NCBI GenBank assembly: GCA_036012755.1 | Contig: DASCPX010000070.1 | Span: 272,837-336,836, forward strand | DNA: 64,000 nt | Direction of reading: 5' to 3' | From: Myxococcota bacterium | GTDB taxonomy: Bacteria > Myxococcota_A > UBA796 > CAJQPC01 | Shown here: in pieces, positions 13,812 to 23,306 of the stretch | How positions within the stretch are numbered: position 1 is the first letter of the stretch | Layout: each line of letters starts with the position of its first letter | Program-made: the position numbers and the translations under genes | Notes under the pieces: generated by a model | Database searches by the model: none | What the model saw: the letters and a program-made list of their open reading frames with translations, nothing else | Told to the model about the DNA's origin: nothing

Positions 13812-16403
13812 TCAGCTACAGCCGCTCGAGCCGCCGCAGGTCTCACACTTGTAGCAGGCCCCGGAGCGCACCATGATGTCGCCGCAGTTGTGGCAAGGAG
13901 GGGCATCCGTCTGACGCACGTAGCCGTCGTCGAGGCTCAGCTCCGGGAGATCGACCGGCTCATCCAGGAAGCGGAGCTCCAGCCAGCGGAAGACGTAGTC
14001 CGTGATCGACTTGGCGATGGGGATGTCCCGGTTCTCGGTGAAGCCGCTCGGCTCGAAGCGGGTGTGCTGGAACTTGTTGCAGAGGACCTTCAGCGGCACC
14101 CCGTACTGCAGCGCCAGGCTGACGCTCGTGGCGAAGGCATCGACGAGGCCGCTGACCACGCTTCCCTGCTTGGCCATGGTCAGGAAGACCTCGCCAGGGG
14201 CGCCGTCCTCGTAGAGTCCGACCGTGACGTAGCCCTCGTGGCCGGCGATGGAGAACTTGTGCGTCACGGCGGTGCGCTCGTCTGGGAGGCGGCGGCGGGG
14301 CGGGCGCTTCTCTGCGACGACCTCTGCGGGCTTGGTCGTGCCCACGGCGCCAATGGGTTGCGTGCGCTTGGAGCCGTCACGGTAGAGGGCGACCGCCTTG
14401 AGGCCAGCGCGCCAGGCATCGATCACCAGCTGTTCGATCTCTTCGACGGTGGCCTCGCTGGGCAGGTTCACGGTCTTGGAGATGGCGCCGGAGAGGAAGG
14501 GCTGGACCGCGGCCATCATGCGCAGGTGGCCAGCCGGGTCGATGCTCCTGTTCCCGTTCTGTGGACGGAAGGCGCAGTCGAAGACCTCCAGGTCCTCGTC
14601 TTCCAGGCCCGGAGCGCCCTCGACCGTTCCCTGGGTCTCCAGCCAGGCGGCGATCGCGGCCTGCTCAGCGCGTCCGTAGCCCAGCACCGCCAGCGCCCGG
14701 GGCACGCCGCGATTGACCAGGCGGAGGCTGCCTCCTCCACTGAGCGTCTTGATCTTGACGAGCGCGATCTCGGGCTCGACACCGGTCGTGTCGCAGTCCA
14801 TGAAGAAGCCGATCGTCCCGGTCGGGGCGAGCACGCTCACCTGGGCGTTGCGGTAGCCATCCGGTGCGCTCCGGGCCTGGGCCCAGGCCAGTCGCGCAGA
14901 CTCTGCGATCGGACCCGAGGGCAGGGCCTCGGCAGCGCGGGCGTGGCGGTCGATCACGGCGGCCATCGGCGCGGCGTTTTCGGCGTGGCCTTCGAAGGCG
15001 CCACGGCGTGATGCGAGTCGGGAGCTGGTCGCGTAGGCCGTTCCCGTCAGGAGCGCGGTCACCGAGGCGGCCAGCGCCCTGCCATTGTCGCTGTCGTAGG
15101 CGAGACCACGGGCCATCAACAGGGCGCCGAGGTTGGCGTAGCCGAGGCCCAGGGGCCGGAAGCGCACGGCGTTGTCACGGAGCTTGTCCGTGGGATAGCC
15201 GGCGCGGTCGACCAGCACGTCCATGGCGGTGATCAGGACATCGACTGCGTCGCGGAAGCGCTCCACCTGGAAGCGGCCATCGTCGTCGAGGAACCGCAGG
15301 AGGTTCAGGCTGGCGAGGTTGCAGGCCGAGTCGTCGAGGAAGACGAACTCGGAGCAGGGGTTGCTGGCGTTGATCGGCCCGGTCTCAGAGCATGTGTGCC
15401 AGCGCTGGAGGGTGTCGGTGAACTGCACACCGGGGTCGCCGCAGAGGTGGCAGGCTTCGGCGATGGCCCGCATCAGGGAGCGCGCTGGCGGGGCCTCGAG
15501 GACCTCGCCGTTTCTGGCCACCAGCGGCCAGGGCCGATCGGCCTCGACGGCTTCGAGGAAGGCATCGGAGAGGCGCACCGAGTGGTTGGCGTTCTGGAAG
15601 CCGACGGAGGCGTAGGCGCCCGCCTCGGCGGCGAAGCTGCCGTCGTAGCCGCCCTCGATGAGCGCCCAGGCCTTCTTCTCTTCCTTCGCCTTGCAGGTGA
15701 CGAAGTCGAGGACGTCCGGGTGGTCGACGTCCAGCAGCACCATCTTCGCCGCACGGCGGGTCTTGCCACCGCTCTTGATGGCACCGGCCATGGCGTCGAG
15801 ACCCCGCATGAAGGCCACGGGTCCGCTGGCCGTACCTCCGCCGCTGAGCCCCTCCTGGGAGGAGCGCAAGCCCGACAGGTTCACGCCGCTGCCGCTGCCC
15901 CACTTGAAGAGCGTGCCCTCCGTCTTGGCGAGATCGAGGATCGAGCCGAGGTCGTCGTCGACGGAGTTGATGAAGCAGGCGGAGCACTGGGGCCGATCGC
16001 GCACACCGACGTTGAACCAGACCGGCGAGTTGAAGGCTGCGTGCTGGTGCAGACAGAGCCAGCGGAGGTCGTCTCGGAAGGCCTCCTCGTCGTCGACGGC
16101 GCCGTCCTCTGCCGCCCACCGGGCGATCGTGTCGCAGACTCGGGCGATCAGGGTCCGGATGCTGTCTTCGCGGTGCGCGATCGGGCCGTGGAAGTAGCGG
16201 CTCGCGGCGACCTTGACGGCGGTCTCCGACCAGAGGACCGGTGCCTCTACTGCGGCTTGCTCGAAGCCAGACCCGGGGATGGCGCAGTCGCGCCGCCCCC
16301 ACTCGACGGTGTCCCAGACCGAGCGCCCCTCGGGAGCGAATCGACGGTGGGTCGGGGCGTTGGACACAGGGGTGGCGGGGGGCCGCAGATCGGTCTGCAC
16401 CAT
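13812..16403 (-). CDS. nrdJ: Class II (B12-dependent) ribonucleotide reductase
   Basis: FNSPVWFN, QCSACFI, NPCSE, APTGTI, SGAISKTVN, TSCPD-like domain, C-terminal CxxC...CxxC. Confidence 0.97.
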   Translation of the reverse strand: MVQTDLRPPATPVSNAPTHRRFAPEGRSVWDTVEWGRRDCAIPGSGFEQAAVEAPVLWSETAVKVAASRYFHGPIAHREDSIRTLIARVCDTIARWAAEDGAVDDEEAFRDDLRWLCLHQHAAFNSPVWFNVGVRDRPQCSACFINSVDDDLGSILDLAKTEGTLFKWGSGSGVNLSGLRSSQEGLSGGGTASGPVAFMRGLDAMAGAIKSGGKTRRAAKMVLLDVDHPDVLDFVTCKAKEEKKAWALIEGGYDGSFAAEAGAYASVGFQNANHSVRLSDAFLEAVEADRPWPLVARNGEVLEAPPARSLMRAIAEACHLCGDPGVQFTDTLQRWHTCSETGPINASNPCSEFVFLDDSACNLASLNLLRFLDDDGRFQVERFRDAVDVLITAMDVLVDRAGYPTDKLRDNAVRFRPLGLGYANLGALLMARGLAYDSDNGRALAASVTALLTGTAYATSSRLASRRGAFEGHAENAAPMAAVIDRHARAAEALPSGPIAESARLAWAQARSAPDGYRNAQVSVLAPTGTIGFFMDCDTTGVEPEIALVKIKTLSGGGSLRLVNRGVPRALAVLGYGRAEQAAIAAWLETQGTVEGAPGLEDEDLEVFDCAFRPQNGNRSIDPAGHLRMMAAVQPFLSGAISKTVNLPSEATVEEIEQLVIDAWRAGLKAVALYRDGSKRTQPIGAVGTTKPAEVVAEKRPPRRRLPDERTAVTHKFSIAGHEGYVTVGLYEDGAPGEVFLTMAKQGSVVSGLVDAFATSVSLALQYGVPLKVLCNKFQHTRFEPSGFTENRDIPIAKSITDYVFRWLELRFLDEPVDLPELSLDDGYVRQTDAPPCHNCGDIMVRSGACYKCETCGGSSGCS

Positions 16404-16466
16404 TGGATTGTCTCAGCTTCGGCGGGGAGAGTGGTGTGTCGCGGCAAGACAGCTGCAACAGCGAGG

Positions 16467-16533
16467 AAACCTCTAGTCGAGGTTTGTCGATTGGACGCCC
16501 CAGCACCTTGACTCGTCAACTGATCCAGATCAG
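16467..16533. promoter_or_regulatory. Inverted repeats upstream of nrdJ (candidate operators)
   Basis: AAACCTC-N5-GAGGTTT (16467-16485), TTGAC-N2-GTCAA (16508-16519), FNR-like CTGAT-N4-ATCAG (16520-16533). Confidence 0.45.
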
Positions 16534-16545
16534 GTTTCTGACTGC

Positions 16546-17613
16546 TCAGAGACGGGCGTCGAGCTGGAGCCACATCCATAGCTGTGTCGGGGTGTCATCG
16601 GCATACAAAAAAGCCGATCCGCCGACCCCGATCGCCAGACCTCCGTCGAGCATCGCTCCACCCCAGAGATCGATCTCCTCTCCGAGGAGGCTCGTGTCGT
16701 CGGCCGCCAGGAAGAGATGGGAGTCGAGCTTCACAGAGGTCTTCTCGGTGGGAGAGACCTTCAGCTTCAAGGCGGCGTCGTGGAGTCCGCGCGTGGCATC
16801 ACCGAGCTGGAAGACCCCGACATCGGCGAGGCCGTAGAACTTGTGGTTCGTGGCGTAGAGCGTGTTGAAGCGCGGGGACAGGGAGTCCCACCACAGGGTG
16901 ATCGTGGGCTTGCTGGAGAGCTCGGGCGCGACGCCGCCGCGCACACCGATCATGCCGGCGGGGTCCTGGGGGGTGAGCTGCCCGTAGGCCTCGATCCGCC
17001 CGCTGAGGATCCCGGCCTTGCCCCTGGCGTAGACACCCCCTGTGTGGCGCCAGCTGTCGGTCGCCCAGTCCACCTCTGGGATGTAGATGACGTCCGCGCC
17101 CTTCCAGCCGGCGCTCACGATGCCCATCAGGGCCGTGTCGTGGGTGCCCCAGGTCTCGGTGTCGCCTTCACGAAGCGCGATGGCGGCGAGCTCGACGTGC
17201 ATGTCGCCGTTTTCGGCGAGCAGGCGCAGGCCGTCGAAGCTCTGGGCCTGCTGGGCCCAGTTCACCGTGCCGATGAGCCGGTGCTCGTTGAGCGCGATCT
17301 CCTGGCGACCGACCGTCAGCGCGACGCTGTCGGAAGGGGCCCAGGTGAGTGTGGCGGAATGCACACCCAGGTTGTCCGCGGCGTAGTCCGTCAGCGTGTG
17401 ACCTTCTTCACCCCAGGCGCGCACGTCCTGGACGACGACGTGCCCGGAGAGGGCTCCGCGGGTCGCCGTGAGACCCAGGCGAGAGCGCTGTGTGACAGCG
17501 TGTACTGCGGCTGCGTCGCGGTCCAGTGAGCGGAACTCGAAGCGGGGACGGACCTGCAGCTCGGGGGTGAGCTCGACCTCGGACGCGCTGGCGGACAGGA
17601 TCAGGAACAACAT
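16546..17613 (-). CDS. Alginate-export family outer-membrane beta-barrel
   Basis: GAGGAG RBS; QVRPRFEFR, VQDVRAWG, VGRQEI...HRLIG..NW..AQSFDG, FNTLYATNHKFYG. Confidence 0.85.
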   Translation of the reverse strand: MLFLILSASASEVELTPELQVRPRFEFRSLDRDAAAVHAVTQRSRLGLTATRGALSGHVVVQDVRAWGEEGHTLTDYAADNLGVHSATLTWAPSDSVALTVGRQEIALNEHRLIGTVNWAQQAQSFDGLRLLAENGDMHVELAAIALREGDTETWGTHDTALMGIVSAGWKGADVIYIPEVDWATDSWRHTGGVYARGKAGILSGRIEAYGQLTPQDPAGMIGVRGGVAPELSSKPTITLWWDSLSPRFNTLYATNHKFYGLADVGVFQLGDATRGLHDAALKLKVSPTEKTSVKLDSHLFLAADDTSLLGEEIDLWGGAMLDGGLAIGVGGSAFLYADDTPTQLWMWLQLDARL

Positions 17614-17642
17614 GGGTTCTCCTCGATTGGGGTCCGCAGTAA

Positions 17643-17658
17643 TGCACGGCGTGTGCCA
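17643..17658 (-). promoter_or_regulatory. Sigma54 -24/-12 promoter for the porin
   Basis: Minus strand TGGCAC-ACGCC-GTGCA, ~30 bp upstream of ATG. Confidence 0.6.
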
Positions 17659-17662
17659 GCGC

Positions 17663-18634
17663 TCAGGGGCGCCAGAGCACCCGCGCAGGCCCTGCCACGA
17701 CCTGTCCGACGCGAACGCCTTCGACAGCCGATGCGTCCTCGACCGCCAGCAGGAGTCCGCCCGAGGTCTGGGGATCCGCAAGCACGTCGCGGATCCAGGA
17801 GTCGGGGGCGTCGAGATCGGCCTCGAAGGCTCGGAGGTTGCGCTTGCCCCCCCCGGTGACGCAGCCTTCGGCGACGAGGGCCTCGACCTCCGGAAACAGC
17901 GGCAGGTGGTCGAAGACCAGGCTCACCGACGACGCTCTCGCCATCTCCAAGGCGTGCCCGAGGAGGCCGAAGCCGGTCACGTCCGTCGCGGCATGGACGC
18001 CCTGCGCATCGGAGCGGTTGAGGCGCTTCATCGAGGCGACCACCGCCTCCTCGGCTTCCTGGCTGCAGCGGTCGCGCTTGACGGCCGTGCACACGATCCC
18101 CGTGCCCAGCGGCTTGGTGAGCACGAGCTCGTCTCCGGGGCGTGCGCCGCGCAGGGTCCAGAGCGCCTCCTCTTCCACCAGTCCGGTCACCGAGAGGCCG
18201 AAGAGGGGCTCCCGCCCTTTCACCGAGTGTCCGCCGACGAGCATCGCACCCGAGTCCGCCACGACCTCTGCTGCTCCGAGGAGGACCTCGTCGAGGCCGA
18301 GGAGGTCCTCTGGCCAGGCGAGCACGTTCATTGCGGTGAGCGGCGTGCCGCCCATGGCGTAGACATCCGACAGCGCGTTGGCGGCCGCGATGGCGCCGAA
18401 GTCTCGGGGGTCGTCGACGATGGGGGGGAAGAAGTCCACGGTCTGGACCAGGAGCCGTCCGTCTCCGAGGCGCACCACTCCGGCGTCGTCGCCGATTCCC
18501 ACGACCAGGCGGGGATCGACGACCTCTGGCAGCAGGTCTCGAATGTGGTCCAGGACCTCGGGACCGAGCTTGGCTGCTCAGCCGGCGCAGTCGACGCGAG
18601 CCGTGAGCCGGTAGTGGCGCTGTTTGCGCGTCAT
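17663..18634 (-). CDS. selD: Selenide, water dikinase with selenocysteine (UGA at codon 19)
   Basis: MTRKQRHYRLTARVDCAG-UGA-AAKLGP...DDAG, QTVDFF, NALSDVYAMGG, TDVTGFGLLGH, DPQTSGGLL; TGA at 18578-18580 at the catalytic Cys/Sec position. Confidence 0.93.
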
Positions 18635-19155
18635 CGGATGATGATGTCACCCTGAACGAGCGCCCGCGCAACCGCCTGCACCACGGTCCTCGCTCCCAGC
18701 TTCCGGCGTGCGTTCACGATGTGGCTCCTCACCGTGGCGACGCCGATCCCCAGCTCTTCTGCAGACTCGCGGGCGCTCGAGCCCGTCGCCGCGAGCTCGA
18801 GGACCTGGGTCTCCCGCGGCGTGAGGGCGGGGCCTTCGCGGGCCGGGGCGTCCGACATGACCACGATCACGAAGTCGTCCGCTCGTGAGCATTCGAGGCG
18901 ACGCCGGTCGCCCCTCACGAAGGCGTCGGACGCCGAGGTCTCGCCCTCTTCGACTCTCGTCGTACAGCCGGGCGAGCAGATGGGCCTGCGCTCCTCGTCC
19001 AGCCCCCCGACCACGTCCCAGCAGGCCTTGCCGACACACTGGCCGAGGCGGGTCGTTGCCGCTGCGGTCGCAGCCAGGATGGTGCCGTCGCGGTCCAACA
19101 GGACCAGAGCGGGAGCAACTGCGCGGTTCGCGGCGCTCGGTGCGGTGTCTGCCAC
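18631..19155 (-). CDS. Cys-rich PAS-like sensor + LuxR HTH regulator
   Basis: GKACWDVVG...PICSPGC; LTPRETQVLEL...TVRSHIVNARRKLGA. Confidence 0.85.
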   Translation of the reverse strand: MADTAPSAANRAVAPALVLLDRDGTILAATAAATTRLGQCVGKACWDVVGGLDEERRPICSPGCTTRVEEGETSASDAFVRGDRRRLECSRADDFVIVVMSDAPAREGPALTPRETQVLELAATGSSARESAEELGIGVATVRSHIVNARRKLGARTVVQAVARALVQGDIIIR

Positions 19156-19267
19156 TGTGATCCTCGCCTTGGTGGGGGCCTATGTAATTGCGAGAGCCAC
19201 GGCTGGGAGGCACTCCTACACCTGTATTAGTCAACCTTGACCTGGGGCAGGATGCCAGCTCTTTCAG

Positions 19268-19750
19268 ATGAAAGAAGTCGTGACGCCCAGCCAGGCAACC
19301 CCGGCGCTCACGAGCCAGGTGCTGGCCGTCACGGCCTTCCTGCAGGACCTGGGAGGCACGGCAACCGTGAAGGGGACCGACGTCGAGCCCGTGGAGCGCT
19401 TTGGTTGCGTCAGCGCAGGCGGAGGAGATCCCGCCGAAGCCGCCGCCCCGGAGGCTGTCGGACCCCCGGAAGAGGTCTTCGCGACCTTCGGCTGCGTCGG
19501 CTGCCACCAGATCGCGGTGCCCGTACGCACCCTGGGTCCGCCGCTTCACGACGTCGGCGCGAGGCTGTCGACCAGCGAGCTCTACGAGTCGATCCTGGAG
19601 CCGGACGCCACGATGGCAGAGGGCGATCCGCCCTATCCCCCAGGGCTGATGGGCGCGACCCTCGAAGGCAACGGCTTCTACGAGCGCATGACCGCCGCGG
19701 ACTACCGGGCGCTGGTCGAGTGGCTCGCTGGCCACGGAGGACTCGAGTGA
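19268..19750 (+). CDS. c-type cytochrome (N-terminus possibly truncated)
   Basis: GCVGCH, GPPLHDVGAR, YESILEPDA; N-terminal VLAVTAFLQDLGG resembles the end of a lost heme domain. Confidence 0.8.
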   Translation: MKEVVTPSQATPALTSQVLAVTAFLQDLGGTATVKGTDVEPVERFGCVSAGGGDPAEAAAPEAVGPPEEVFATFGCVGCHQIAVPVRTLGPPLHDVGARLSTSELYESILEPDATMAEGDPPYPPGLMGATLEGNGFYERMTAADYRALVEWLAGHGGLE

Positions 19751-20574
19751 TCCGGCTGTCGATCGCGCTCGCGCTGTTCGCCGCCGTCTCCGTGGGGCTC
19801 TTCCTCGGGCGGCGCAAGCTGGGGCTGTTCTGGTCGGCCTGCGCCTTCTATGCGGCGACCGTCGCCCTGGTCGCCTTCGGCTTCGATCCCCCCGCGCCTG
19901 GCAGCGTGGTGCAGCTCTACGCCGCCACCGCCGCGATCGCGATGTTGCTCTATGTCAGCAGCAGTGGAGCCTCGCTCGAGGCGGTCTGGGAGCCCTTGCG
20001 GGCCACGATGACCCAGAAGAAACGCCTGCCGATCCTGGTCGTCGTGCTGCTGGTGCCCGGACTGGTCGCCTGGGTGAGCTGGGAGGCGAGCCTCCCCTCT
20101 ACTGACCCTCCGCCTCGGATCCGGTCGGTCCACCCCTCGCCGCCGAGCTCGATCGAGTTTGGGAGCGAGGCTGTGGAGATCGACCTCAACACCGCACGAA
20201 ACCCCTTCCGCGATCTGGAGCAGTCCGACCCAGAGGCCTTCGCCGAGCGCGTGGCCAGGGGACGGGTCGTCTACTACGAGAACTGCTTCTACTGCCACGG
20301 GGACACGCTGGCGGCGGACGGCCACCTCGCGCCGGCCGTCCAGCCGCCTCCAGCCAACTTCACTGATCCCGGCACCATCGCGATGCTGCAGGAGGGCTAC
20401 CTCTTCTGGCGCGTCGCCAAGGGGGGACCCGGGTTGCCCAGTGAGGGGACGCCCTGGGACACGACCATGCCGGCCTGGGAGACCTTCCTGGACCAGGACG
20501 ACATCTGGTCAGTCGTGCTCTTCATCTACGCCGACACCGGCTACCGGCCTCGGGCCAACACGGAGGTCCACTGA
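19747..20574 (+). CDS. Membrane-anchored c-type cytochrome
   Basis: GTGA overlap; ~4 hydrophobic helices; NCFYCHG, PANFTDPGTI, MPAWE. Confidence 0.85.
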   Translation: MIRLSIALALFAAVSVGLFLGRRKLGLFWSACAFYAATVALVAFGFDPPAPGSVVQLYAATAAIAMLLYVSSSGASLEAVWEPLRATMTQKKRLPILVVVLLVPGLVAWVSWEASLPSTDPPPRIRSVHPSPPSSIEFGSEAVEIDLNTARNPFRDLEQSDPEAFAERVARGRVVYYENCFYCHGDTLAADGHLAPAVQPPPANFTDPGTIAMLQEGYLFWRVAKGGPGLPSEGTPWDTTMPAWETFLDQDDIWSVVLFIYADTGYRPRANTEVH

Positions 20575-21788
20575 TGTGGCTCGCGCTCCTTGGAGTGGCC
20601 GCCGCTTTCGTTCTTCCCCGCCCCAGGGTGCTCGCGGACAACTTCTCGTTCAAGATCAGGACCACTCCTTCCGGCGAACTCCCGACGGACGAGGATCTCT
20701 TCGCCATCGTCTCCGAGGGCCTGCCGGGGACCTCGATGCCGCCCTTCGACAAGGCCCTGTCCGAAGCTGAGCGTTGGGACGTCGTGGCCTACGTGAAGGC
20801 ACTCTCCCCGGACTTCTCGGACCCCGTCTACGTAGTGGCCATCATTCCTATGGCCCAGCTCTCCGGTGCCCAGCCGCCCTCCTCGCCGGAGGCCGTCGAG
20901 CGTGGGCGCCAGCTCTACCAGGAGAACGAGTGCTTCAAGTGCCACGGTCAGCAGGGCCGTGGGGACGGGCCGTCGTGGGAGGACCTCGAGGACGACTGGG
21001 ACGATCCCATCCTGCCGGCGAACTTCGCCAACGCTGAGAGTTTCCGCGGCGGCTCCACGGCCTTCGACGTCTACCGGGCCGTCAGCACGGGCCTCAATGG
21101 CACGCCGATGCCCTCCTTCGCCGACAGCCTCTCCCCCGAGGAGATCTGGGACCTCGCCCACTACGTCGTCAGTCTCGCTTCCCCTCGGGACACGGACGAC
21201 GAGACCCTTCGTGCGCTGGCCGTCGACGCCATTCCCGAAGACTGGTCCGGCGTCCCCGTGGCGCGCTTCCCGACCGTACCCAACCTCATCGAGGCGCCGC
21301 GCCTGTACTTCCAGGCCGTGGAGTTCGTGTCGTTGCAGGCGGTCTACACCTCTGAGGAGTTGGCACTGCGCGTCCAGTGGGACGACCGCACGGCCTCCAC
21401 CGGGACCGACGCCGAGGGGACCTGCTCGGACAGGGACGGGGGGATCTACCGCGGCACACGGCACCCGGACCAGCTGGCGATCCAGCTCCCGGCCCGCCCG
21501 GACGAAGGTGCCAGGCCCTACCGGATCATCATCGGCTCCAACCGCGTCGAGGATGTGCTGGAGATCCGCTTCGAGGACGACGGTCCGGGCTTCCGACCGG
21601 AGGCGCTCGAGCGTGGCTTCGAGCCCCTGTTCACCACGCGGGCCGAAGGTGCTGGCCTGGGACTCGCCATCGTCAGCAGGCTTGCGGCCGCCCATGGCGC
21701 CGAGGCGGTGCTCGGCGAAGGAAGGCATGGAGGCGCGGCCGTGACACTACGCTGGCCCATCGACGCCGAGAGGAGGGCTGTCTCGTGA
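20574..21788 (+). CDS. Chimeric ORF: cytochrome c + partial EB_dh (heme b) domain + histidine kinase ATPase tail
   Basis: PRPR...FKIRTTPSG...GLPGTSMPPF without its CxxCH; ECFKCHG; LRVQWDD; DQLAIQLP; from ~21521 EDDGPGF...FEPLFTTR..GAGLGLAIV. Confidence 0.7.
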   Translation: MWLALLGVAAAFVLPRPRVLADNFSFKIRTTPSGELPTDEDLFAIVSEGLPGTSMPPFDKALSEAERWDVVAYVKALSPDFSDPVYVVAIIPMAQLSGAQPPSSPEAVERGRQLYQENECFKCHGQQGRGDGPSWEDLEDDWDDPILPANFANAESFRGGSTAFDVYRAVSTGLNGTPMPSFADSLSPEEIWDLAHYVVSLASPRDTDDETLRALAVDAIPEDWSGVPVARFPTVPNLIEAPRLYFQAVEFVSLQAVYTSEELALRVQWDDRTASTGTDAEGTCSDRDGGIYRGTRHPDQLAIQLPARPDEGARPYRIIIGSNRVEDVLEIRFEDDGPGFRPEALERGFEPLFTTRAEGAGLGLAIVSRLAAAHGAEAVLGEGRHGGAAVTLRWPIDAERRAVS

Positions 21789-23139
21789 AGGGTACGATCC
21801 TCATCGTCGAAGACGAAAGTGCGATGCGCTCCTGGAGCACCTCGGAGAGCGGTATCGGACCGTCGTCGGCGCATCGACCCTGGCCGAAGCTCGGCGGATC
21901 ACACACAGCACGGGCCTCGACGCCGTGGTGCTCGATCTGCACCTTCCGGACGGCAACGGGCTCGACTTCCTCGCGGAGCTCACGGAGGTCTCTCCGGAGA
22001 TCCCGGTCGTGGTCATCACAGCCTTCCCCGAGGTCGAGGTCGCCATCCGGGCCTTTCGAAAGGGGGCATGCGACTTCCTGCGCAAGCCCTTCGGGCTGGC
22101 GGAGCTCGACCGTGTCCTCGACGTCCAGGTGTACAAACGCCTCGGCATCTCCCAGGGCGCGACCATCTGCGCGCCGGGCTGCGGAAGGCAGGGTCCGGAC
22201 TGTCATGGCCACGGCTGCATCGTGGGCTCGAGCCTGCCGACCCAGCAGCTGCGCGAGGCCATCCGTCGAGCGGCGAGGGTCCCCGGAATGCCGGTCCTCA
22301 TCGAGGGGGAGAGCGGCAGCGGCAAGGAGCTGGTCGCCCGGGCGCTTCACTTCGAGAGCTCCCGCTGTCGCGGGCCGCTCGTTGCGCTCAACGCCGCGGT
22401 GCTCCCGGCCACGCTCGCGGAGTCGGAGCTCTTCGGGCACGTCAAGGGCTCCTTCACCGGGGCCCACGAGAACCACGCCGGGCTCTTCGAGCAGGGCCAC
22501 AAGGGCACAGTCCTGCTGGACGAGATCGGCGAGCTGCCGCTGGGTCTCCAGCCCAAGCTCCTGCGGGTCCTCGAGAGCCGGGAGATCCGGCGCATCGGAG
22601 ACAGCCGCACCCGTCCCGTCGACGTGCGCGTGATCTCGGCGACCAATCGGGATCTGCGGGCGATGGTCGGAGAGGGGACATTCCGCGAGGATCTGTACTA
22701 CCGCCTGGCCGTCTTCCGCCTTCGCGTCCCGCCACTGCGAGAGCGGCTCGGGGACATCGAGCAGCTCTCCCTGGTGCTCCTGGACGGCATCTGCGAGGAG
22801 AGCGGACTCGACGTGCGCTGGCTTGGGGAGCGCGCCGTGGACGCCTTGCGCGCCCACAGCTGGCCTGGGAACGTCTGTGAGCTGCGGAACTGCCTGTACC
22901 AGGCATCGGCGCTCACGACCGGGCAGACCGTCCGGGCCGAAGAGGTTCGGGCCGCCCTTGGGGGTGTTCTCTCCCCGAGCGCGCCGGTGGCCACGGACCT
23001 TTCCCTGCGGGAGGCCGAGCTCCAGCACATCGTCGGCGTGTACGAGGCCGCCGGGCGCAACAAGAGCGAGGCCGCCCGGCGGCTGGGCATCACTCGGGTG
23101 ACGCTGCGCGCGAGGCTTCGGGAGGCCGGCGTCAGCTGA
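21785..23139 (+). CDS. Sigma54-dependent response regulator (frameshift ~21830)
   Basis: ILIVEDE, VLDLHLPD, KPF, GESGSGKE, ELFGHVKGSFTGA, FREDLYYRL, WPGNV, Fis HTH. Confidence 0.9.
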
Positions 23140-23219
23140 GCGGTCAGCTCCTGACCAGGTCCCGGACAGCATCTGGCCACGACGACCGCAACGACCCCCA
23201 CCAGGGGCTTCTCTGGTGC

Positions 23220-23235
23220 TGGCACGGCTCTTGCG
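23220..23235 (+). promoter_or_regulatory. Sigma54 -24/-12 promoter for the hemY operon
   Basis: TGGCACG-GCTC-TTGCG, consensus match. Confidence 0.8.
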
Positions 23236-23306
23236 GATTGGCATAGCGAGCGGCCCCGCAGCGTGGAGGACGAGATGCCTGCTTCATTCGCGCAGGACCT
23301 GTCTTG

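Noticed and set aside
16404..16545. Cobalamin riboswitch or canonical NrdR boxes upstream of nrdJ
   Set aside because: No B12-box core recognisable; the palindrome spacing does not fit the NrdR consensus.
19221..19250. FNR box at GTCAA-CC-TTGAC / TTGACCTGGGGCAG (and TTGACACAGGTCGG at 36774)
   Set aside because: Only one good half-site each; could equally be -35 elements, so not listed as features.
20574..21788. Novel cytochrome-histidine kinase redox sensor
   Set aside because: No HisKA domain or TM between the parts and both are truncated; a deletion or misassembly is more parsimonious.
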